NCBI GenBank assembly: GCA_041494705.1
Contig: JBGQBI010000005.1
Coordinates: 30,001-62,000 of the forward strand
Length of the DNA stretch: 32,000 bases
Direction of reading: 5' to 3'
From: Candidatus Methanoperedens sp.
GTDB taxonomy: Archaea > Halobacteriota > Methanosarcinia > Methanosarcinales > Methanoperedenaceae
The stretch's first letter is position 1, and every line of letters begins with the position of its first letter. Below, piece by piece: positions 24,253 to 32,000 of the stretch. The position numbers and the translations under genes were made by a program. Below the pieces are notes generated by a model that saw nothing but the letters and a program-made list of their open reading frames with translations, made no database searches and had not been told where the DNA came from.

Positions 24253-25404
24253 AGTTTCATCATGGGCGAGCATGGAGTGCTTGAAACCTTTGCGCGCGCT
24301 TCGAAGGGCGCTGATTTTTGCATAATAGAAGGAGTGATGGGACTTTATGACGGCATCGACGACACAGAAATAGCAAGCACCGCCCATGTTGCGAAGATTC
24401 TCAAAGTGCCGGTGATACTCGTTATCAATGCGCACGGCGCATCGCGAAGCATTGCTGCAATCGTTAAAGGTTTTAGCGAATTTGACAGGGTAAATATCGC
24501 AGGGATAATCCTCAATAATGCAGGCAGCGACAGGCATGTTAAGCTCATAAAGGATTCACTGCAAAGCGCCGGCATCAATATCCCGGTAATCGGAGCACTT
24601 CCCAAAAATCCTGAATTGTCAATCCCGTCACGGCATCTTGGTCTTCACATGGCTGGTGAAAATAATCTGGATATTGAGAAGCTATCGGATTTTATTGAAA
24701 AACATATCGACATGGGTTCTGTTAAAACAATAGCGAATGATTTTGAGACTCCTGATATCGATATAAATGAGCGCCATTCAACATTCGATGTCAAAATCGG
24801 GATTGCTCATGACAGCGCGTTCTGTTTCTATTATGAGGATTCATTTGAGGAACTCAGGAAGTTAGGTGCGGAGCTTATATTCTTTAGTCCGATGACCGAC
24901 AGGCTGCCAGATGTGGACGGCATTTATCTCGGAGGCGGATATCCTGAGCTTTTTGCAAAGGAGCTTTCCGCCTCCCTAACGCGCGGTGAAATAAAAAAAG
25001 CAGCAGAAGACGGCATGCCCATATACGGCGAATGCGGCGCGCTTTTGTATCTGAATGAAAGCCTCAAGACTGACAGGACTTATAAAATGGCAGGCATCCT
25101 TCCTGCAAGTTCGAGGATGACCGACAAGCTCCAGGCGCTCGGTTATACTGAAGCTGAAACTTCAATAGACTCGCCCATTGCTAAGAAAGGCAGAATTATC
25201 AGGGGACATGAGTTCCACTATTCGGTAACTGAATGTGACAGGGATGCGACCCTTGTTTATAAATTGAGGCGGGGTAAAGGGATTGTTGACGGGAAGGATG
25301 GGCTCATGGAGTATAACACCATGGCAAGCTACATGCATACACATCCTGCTTCTAATTCCTTTGATGAGTTCTTGCGCCAGTGCAGGAAATATAAATCGAG
25401 ATAG
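24061..25404 (+). CDS. cbiA: Cobyrinate a,c-diamide synthase (CbiA/CobB), full length.
   Basis: The N-terminal P-loop is IAGTGSGVGKTT. The C-terminal glutamine amidotransferase domain has its nucleophile in YGECGALLYL, with HEFHYS further on. The start is GTG 24061 or the adjacent ATG 24064. Confidence 0.93.
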   Translation: MMPIKTSALLIAGTGSGVGKTTVAMGLMAALGKNYKVQPFKVGPDFIDPGHHTRICGRPSRNLDSFIMGEHGVLETFARASKGADFCIIEGVMGLYDGIDDTEIASTAHVAKILKVPVILVINAHGASRSIAAIVKGFSEFDRVNIAGIILNNAGSDRHVKLIKDSLQSAGINIPVIGALPKNPELSIPSRHLGLHMAGENNLDIEKLSDFIEKHIDMGSVKTIANDFETPDIDINERHSTFDVKIGIAHDSAFCFYYEDSFEELRKLGAELIFFSPMTDRLPDVDGIYLGGGYPELFAKELSASLTRGEIKKAAEDGMPIYGECGALLYLNESLKTDRTYKMAGILPASSRMTDKLQALGYTEAETSIDSPIAKKGRIIRGHEFHYSVTECDRDATLVYKLRRGKGIVDGKDGLMEYNTMASYMHTHPASNSFDEFLRQCRKYKSR

Positions 25405-25517
25405 AAACCCCGCGCCGCCAATGTTGCGGCGGCGGATGCGAGCGCTGATGGCTTTCGGTTAATTTCCAGAGATGAGCATGAAAATATGCTATAGCTTGGT
25501 TTTTGACGAAAAATATT

Positions 25518-25597
25518 AGCCACGGAGGCGCAGAGAACACAGAGAAATAATGACTCTGTGACCTCCGTGTCTCGGTGGCTATTTTGCTTTTTGATTT
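25518..25597 (+). terminator. Large imperfect hairpin followed by a T-rich tract, downstream of cbiA.
   Basis: AGCCAC/GTGGCT, GGAGG/CCTCC and CACAGAG/CTCTGTG pair across 25518-25580, with internal loops. ATTTTGCTTTTTGATTT (25581-25597) follows. A separate GC hairpin, CGCCGCC/GGCGGCG, lies at 25413-25434. Confidence 0.4.
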
Positions 25598-25620
25598 AAC
25601 AATACCAAAGGATTTTACAA

Positions 25621-25680
25621 CCCACGATAAAATAAAACAATTAAAAAGGATTGGGATACCGCTCCGGTATCGTTCAATCC
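25621..25680 (-). terminator. Hairpin plus T-tract downstream of groEL (minus strand).
   Basis: GATACCG (25655-25661), loop CTC, then CGGTATC (25665-25671), extended by GGATTG/CAATCC. On the minus strand it is followed by TTTTTAATTGTTTTATTTT. Confidence 0.45.
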
Positions 25681-25702
25681 CTTTATAAAACAGCCTTCAG
25701 AC

Positions 25703-27602
<1,900 letters not shown>

Positions 27603-27723
27603 GTCACCTTCTAATATAAAATTTTTTCAAATGAACGTGTTGAATGATTTATCATGTTTGCAGTTCTATAAATAATGTCGCAATAGGTTCGGTTTTTGAC
27701 CTGTCAGACGTGCCGGGATTTCT

Positions 27724-28791
27724 TCAGGATATTTTCACTCTTTTCAAATAAACATACAAAGGAATTGAAAACGCTACATAAGCCGCGCAGTAAGCAAGCG
27801 CCTCCGTGCCGATTGCCCCGGCTGATAATCTTGTAACCAGATTAAAAGGCGAGTCGGCAAAGAGATATCCTGCGAGAAACATGAGAATGAGGATAAGGGA
27901 ATACAGGTACTGCGAGATCAATCTTTTCTTGTATTTGACTGCAATAATCGCCCCCAGGATTACTACTAAAACCGCTATTACGCTTGCCAATAACAGGATA
28001 ATTGCAATATTATTTACAACAACGCCGTTAAAACTCACAAGCGCCAGCCATAGAAAAGCCTGCATTGGAACAATAAGTACGGCAGTAAGCATCTTGCCGT
28101 TTACTATCTCTCCGAACGACGCCGGAGAAACCAGCAGCAGTTCCATCGTCTTTCGTTCAAATTCTTCGGTGAACATATCAATGATTAATCCGCCTGAAAT
28201 GAAAACGGGAGTGAAAACGAGCAACGGTATAAGTATCCCGTATATGAATTCAAAATAGGTGGACGTTTTTTTGGGAACTGAATCAACATAAAGCCTGACC
28301 GGTTCAAATCCGGTTCTCTTGCTCCTTATATCCCTGACATAATTTTCGTATTCCTCAAGGGGTTTTTTCAATTGCAGCGTTACAAATGTGCCCCTGATAT
28401 CAGATTTTGGAAGGTATATCTCTATCTGGATTAGCTCTGTCCCTGATGAACTCTCATTCGGGATTACAACCACCCCGTCTATTTTATTATTGTTAAAATC
28501 TGAAAGCGCCGCGGCGAGGTCATGGTAGTAATAAACATTGACCTGGCTTTTTTCAATGAAATTCCTTAGTTCCCCATCGCCAACGATTCCCACGTTTGCA
28601 ACCTTCTCATCGTAATTCGAAAGTGCAGACGGGTCAAAAAACGAGGCAAGACCGACAACAAGCAACGATGAAAATGATGCGATAAGCAACTGGACTATTA
28701 TCGCAAGGATGAGGGTCCTCTCTTTGAGAAGTGAATTCATCTCCTTCTTTGCTATAACAAAAGTATTAGCCAAAAACGACCCCCCTGACAA
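27724..28791 (-). CDS. ABC-2 type transporter permease (NatB-like), 355 aa.
   Basis: An N-terminal TM helix is followed by a large extracytoplasmic loop and a C-terminal multi-TM bundle. The ABC-2 signature is TEEFERKTMELLLVSPAS. The start is uncertain: 28791 overlaps the upstream gene by 26 nt, and an internal Met is possible. Confidence 0.8.
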   Translation of the reverse strand: MSGGSFLANTFVIAKKEMNSLLKERTLILAIIVQLLIASFSSLLVVGLASFFDPSALSNYDEKVANVGIVGDGELRNFIEKSQVNVYYYHDLAAALSDFNNNKIDGVVVIPNESSSGTELIQIEIYLPKSDIRGTFVTLQLKKPLEEYENYVRDIRSKRTGFEPVRLYVDSVPKKTSTYFEFIYGILIPLLVFTPVFISGGLIIDMFTEEFERKTMELLLVSPASFGEIVNGKMLTAVLIVPMQAFLWLALVSFNGVVVNNIAIILLLASVIAVLVVILGAIIAVKYKKRLISQYLYSLILILMFLAGYLFADSPFNLVTRLSAGAIGTEALAYCAAYVAFSIPLYVYLKRVKIS

Positions 28792-30532
28792 GGTAAAGAT
28801 TATATGAGGCGTGGATTACAGATGCAAGGACAAGAGAAGCCAGGTAATTCTTTGTTCCAAGATATCTCATGCTAAGGGAAGCGGCGGTCGTTGAGGAGAT
28901 ATGTAAAAGCAATGGAAAAATAAGAAGCCCGATTCCCATTACAGACCCAAAGACCGAGCCTGCAATACTGGCAATTACCACAAGTAACAATACCTTTTCA
29001 CCGACGAAAAATCCCGCGCCGGATAAAATCCCGAATTTCAGGGCACTGGCAGTCGTGACTTTTGCTGTTTTGTTTGAAAAAACCGTATAAATCCCTACGG
29101 ATTTGACAATTTCTTCTATCAAGGCTGCAAGGATGATAAAAACAAGAATCCCGATACGCAAAGGAACATTGAACATCAATACTATCAGCATCAACTGGAT
29201 TGAAAATGCAAGTGGAAGTAGCGCGATGCTTAGAAAGAAAAGAGGGTTTGGGACACGGGCTATGAATTCACGGAGAGAATCCAGTAATTTTCCTTTGATT
29301 GACTTCTGGGTGAAAAGGTCTTCTTCCCGGTAAATAAAAATACCGAACATGAAAACAAGGGTTGATACAAGATAGAACGGCGTGGTTGAGAAAAGGTATT
29401 CGCTTATCGAAACAGGTTCGTTCTCAAGCATTTTTACAACAAGAGTGATTGGCGAGATTATGCTGATTGCATGGATGTTGGCGAACATCGCAGGAAAGAA
29501 AATATATCCCGAGAGAAAAACCGAGAGGAAAATCAGCACAAAACTGAGTTCCTTAAAGCTGCGTGCTATTATTGCGCCAAAGAATGCGGTTGAGAGGAAC
29601 ATCAACGAAACCGGAAGCAAAATAAGAATTATCCAGGGGCTTCCCCCGAGCTTGAAGGTCATTCCCGCTACCATCACAAGCGTAATTAAAAGATAAGGCA
29701 AAAGCTTGCCAAGGACAATCTCAGAGGAGCTAAGCGGCGATACAAGCAACAGCTCACCTTTGCGCTTCACTCTTTCTTCCATTATGCTTGATGAAAAGAA
29801 CTGCGCTATGAAATATATGGGAAATATGAAAATGAAACTCAAGACGACTGATTTGAAAGGAATGGGCGGGTTAAAATGAGATGGGGTTGCAAGGGTCTGT
29901 TCTTGCAGAGGAGAGCTTTTTTTGAGGTCGGTGAATTCCTTTATCGAAGGGAGCTGCGTATTTTCCGAAACAGCCTTTTCTACTGTTGGTTTTTCAACGG
30001 GAACGTTGGCCGTATTCTCCTGGACTTTTTCAAATTCGGGAAGCTTTTGTATGGACACGGGCTGGAATGCCTGTTCTCTCGCTATATTTTTCACGTTTAG
30101 CCATACCGGGAATGTATCATTCAGGTCATTATAAGACAAAAGCCTTGCTTCATCGTATTTTTTGATTGCTTTATCAAGCGCATCGAGTGCGGATATTGAT
30201 TTTTCCGAATCATATGAATATGAATCATGGTAAAAGATTCTTGAGTCGAGTATGAGAATATCAAAACCCTTCAGTTCAAATAGGTCTTTTGCATTTTCCT
30301 TATTTGTGACAAATACATCGAATTTATTATCAGTGCGTAATACCTTGGCAAGTTCGGGGTCTGTTAAGACAACCTTGTAAATATTATCATTAATATGAAG
30401 CCCGGATTGCGATACAAAAAAAGATGTCGCTCCGATTAAGATAAGGATTATAACTGAAAGAAGACGGGTTCTAAGGCTAAAATTTAATCGCGTTTTTCGA
30501 AATTCCCATTTTGAGATTGTTAATAATTTCAT
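28766..30532 (-). CDS. Fusion protein: an ABC-2 transporter permease with a C-terminal PrsW-type intramembrane protease domain, 588 aa.
   Basis: The ABC-2 block is IMEERVKRKGELLLVSPLSS plus a TM bundle. The last ~110 aa carry the PrsW motifs in order: ALIEEIVKS (EExxK), GAGFFVGEKV, LLLHISSTTAAS and SVIHASYNLY (HxxxN). I chose the start at MKLLTISKW (30532). The track's 74-aa extension is the antisense shadow of the divergent ATPase gene. Confidence 0.75.
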   Translation of the reverse strand: MKLLTISKWEFRKTRLNFSLRTRLLSVIILILIGATSFFVSQSGLHINDNIYKVVLTDPELAKVLRTDNKFDVFVTNKENAKDLFELKGFDILILDSRIFYHDSYSYDSEKSISALDALDKAIKKYDEARLLSYNDLNDTFPVWLNVKNIAREQAFQPVSIQKLPEFEKVQENTANVPVEKPTVEKAVSENTQLPSIKEFTDLKKSSPLQEQTLATPSHFNPPIPFKSVVLSFIFIFPIYFIAQFFSSSIMEERVKRKGELLLVSPLSSSEIVLGKLLPYLLITLVMVAGMTFKLGGSPWIILILLPVSLMFLSTAFFGAIIARSFKELSFVLIFLSVFLSGYIFFPAMFANIHAISIISPITLVVKMLENEPVSISEYLFSTTPFYLVSTLVFMFGIFIYREEDLFTQKSIKGKLLDSLREFIARVPNPLFFLSIALLPLAFSIQLMLIVLMFNVPLRIGILVFIILAALIEEIVKSVGIYTVFSNKTAKVTTASALKFGILSGAGFFVGEKVLLLVVIASIAGSVFGSVMGIGLLIFPLLLHISSTTAASLSMRYLGTKNYLASLVLASVIHASYNLYLVRGVVFG

Positions 30533-30575
30533 TATGATTATGTTTATCATGGTGAATAAACAAATAAGTGTTTCT

Positions 30576-31457
30576 ATGCATGAAATTGAAGTGGCAAATC
30601 TCAGGAAAGAATATGATAATTTCATAGCAGTAGAGGCCCTGAGTTTTGAAATCAAAAAAGGTGAGATTTTCGGCATCGTGGGACCGAATGGCGCAGGCAA
30701 GACCACCACTCTTAAAATGTTAAGCGGTCTTGTTACACCGACACAGGGAAGCATAAAAATACAGGGAATGGATATTAAAAAGGATACGCAGAAGATAAAA
30801 AAGAAGCTTGGCTTTTTGCCTGAGGAAAGCCCGCTTTATGAGGGGATGACTGCAAATGATTACCTTTTGTTTTTCGCTGAAATTTACGGGATTGAAAAAA
30901 AAATAGCGGCTGAAAGAATAAAAGAACTTCTCAATGCACTCAGGCTTGATGCTGGGGATAAGAAGATAGGCGAAATGTCAAAAGGGATGCAGCGTAAAGT
31001 TGCCATAGCGAGGGCATTGATAAATGACCCTGAGTACCTCGTTCTTGATGAAATGACCTCAGGTCTTGACCCGACGACCTCGAAGTATCTTTCGGATTTT
31101 GTGCTGGAACTGAAAAGACAGGGAAAAACAATAGTATTCAGCGCGCATAACCTTTACCAGGTGGAAAGCTTATGCGACCGTGTCCTTATAATGAACAAAG
31201 GAAAAGAAATTGCGATAGGCACATTGCCTGAGATAAAGAAAATGTGCGGGGCTATCAGGTATACAATTGAGTTCAAGGTTGAGGAAGCAGTTGATTTTAA
31301 GGCCGTGAAGAATAACGGGAATCTTGTTGCCCAAACGAACAGCCTTGATGAATTTAACATGATAACAGGCTGGGTGGCAAAGCACAATGGGAAAATAATT
31401 GATATTAAAACCACCGAAACTTCGCTTGAGGAGATTTTCCTCAAATTAATGAATTGA
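30576..31457 (+). CDS. ABC transporter ATP-binding protein, 293 aa.
   Basis: Walker A is GPNGAGKTT. The signature-like motif is MSKGMQRKVAIARAL, and Walker B is LVLDEMTSGLD, followed by the H-loop SAHN. I chose the start at MHEIEVANL (30576). Confidence 0.92.
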   Translation: MHEIEVANLRKEYDNFIAVEALSFEIKKGEIFGIVGPNGAGKTTTLKMLSGLVTPTQGSIKIQGMDIKKDTQKIKKKLGFLPEESPLYEGMTANDYLLFFAEIYGIEKKIAAERIKELLNALRLDAGDKKIGEMSKGMQRKVAIARALINDPEYLVLDEMTSGLDPTTSKYLSDFVLELKRQGKTIVFSAHNLYQVESLCDRVLIMNKGKEIAIGTLPEIKKMCGAIRYTIEFKVEEAVDFKAVKNNGNLVAQTNSLDEFNMITGWVAKHNGKIIDIKTTETSLEEIFLKLMN

Positions 31458-31468
31458 ATATTAATTTC

Positions 31469-32000
31469 TTACGTCTTTTTTCTTATGTCCTTTTCCATGA
31501 GTATGCGTTTTTTCTTAAGTTCATTAATGCTCCAAAGATAATAGCTCATGACAAAAATAAAGAAGATAAAAAGTACAAATAAGAAATAGGACAATAATGT
31601 CGGAGCATCTTTAAGCTGATATTTCACTGTTATTGTTCCATTATCAGGAGTGGGCTTTTCCCAGATAATCACTTCCCTTCCTGACGCATCCTGCGTAATG
31701 TTATCCGGAGGCGGCTGGATGAGACCTAAAATTTTGGAGGTTGCAGTGTAATTTAAAGGTAAAACCACCCGGATTGTTCCATTTTTGGTTATCGGGTATA
31801 TAAAATCCCCGCCGCCTGCCTGTGTATATGCAACCCATCCTGAAAAGGGTGAGCTAAAGTTCATCTGGATATAATTTTCTCCAAGAACGGGTCCCTGTGA
31901 AGCATTGAATGAAACATTTTTACCTGAATAATCCACCGCTACCGGATTCCTGAAATTGGTTTCGGGATTGCCGTTAATAATGAAATCAACTGAAGTTTGA
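31469..32000 (-). CDS. C-terminally TM-anchored extracytoplasmic protein, partial. The N-terminus lies beyond the window.
   Basis: The minus-strand frame stays open from 31936 to the window edge (...QTSVDFIINGNPETNFRNPVAVDYSGK...), so the track's GTG start is probably internal. The sequence has N-x-S/T-rich beta-type composition. The single C-terminal TM helix is LLSYFLFVLFIFFIFVMSYYL, followed by a basic tail. Confidence 0.6.
   Translation of the reverse strand, partial: QTSVDFIINGNPETNFRNPVAVDYSGKNVSFNASQGPVLGENYIQMNFSSPFSGWVAYTQAGGGDFIYPITKNGTIRVVLPLNYTATSKILGLIQPPPDNITQDASGREVIIWEKPTPDNGTITVKYQLKDAPTLLSYFLFVLFIFFIFVMSYYLWSINELKKKRILMEKDIRKKT

Noticed and set aside
23155-24537. Two minus-strand ORFs (23155-23478 and 24031-24537) that share a near-identical segment (DEIRSDL.RLDFI.FAKG.HQSHCDCGFS.AAACACDEE). 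This looks like a duplicated Cys-rich gene.
   Set aside because: The shared segment is the antisense translation of the duplicated cbiA 5' region. The plus-strand frame encodes the canonical CbiA P-loop, so the minus-strand ORFs are shadows of the repeat.

Overview
The window looks like an archaeal chromosome. The best fit is a Methanosarcinales / ANME-2d ('Methanoperedens'-like) lineage. That placement is an inference from gene content, not a database match. The supporting genes are MCM helicase, a DUF424 gene, two archaeal coiled-coil genes, an FprA-type flavodiiron protein, anaerobic-pathway cobalamin genes (cbiE, cbiD, cbiA), bacterial-type GroES/GroEL, and a lipobox-bearing heptahaem c-type cytochrome.

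The housekeeping backbone is ileS (5'-truncated by the window edge), the mcm operon, an Lhr-like helicase, a CYTH protein, a VOC-fold protein, a radical SAM protein, groES-groEL and an ABC-2 transporter locus.

Several accessory patches interrupt this backbone:
- 3.7-4.6 kb: a truncated integrase N-terminal fragment next to a hicAB toxin-antitoxin pair.
- About 11.1-13.2 kb: a strongly AT-rich island with a translationally coupled pair, an unknown 182-aa protein plus a ParA/MinD-type ATPase. The ATPase carries a C-terminal coiled coil and a two-helix membrane hairpin.
- About 20.5-23.1 kb: a second AT-rich island. It encodes an unknown 168-aa protein, an M29 (aminopeptidase T-like) domain fused to an unrecognised ~125-aa C-terminal module, and a small two-TM protein.
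- 23.24-24.25 kb: two diverged direct copies of the cbiA promoter-proximal/5' region, at a 795-bp offset, bracket a small toxin-antitoxin cassette. This looks like an integration scar.

Other points worth a second look are an ABC-2 permease fused to a PrsW-type intramembrane protease domain, a 51-aa CxxC/CxxC zinc-ribbon gene that falls below the ORF track's minimum ORF length, a GC-rich hairpin-dense intergenic segment, and a triple TTGACG(T/C)A repeat. I saw no CRISPR array, rRNA or tRNA. The candidates for an undescribed system are the two AT-rich islands and the permease-protease fusion. All functional readings of them are inference and need profile or structure searches.
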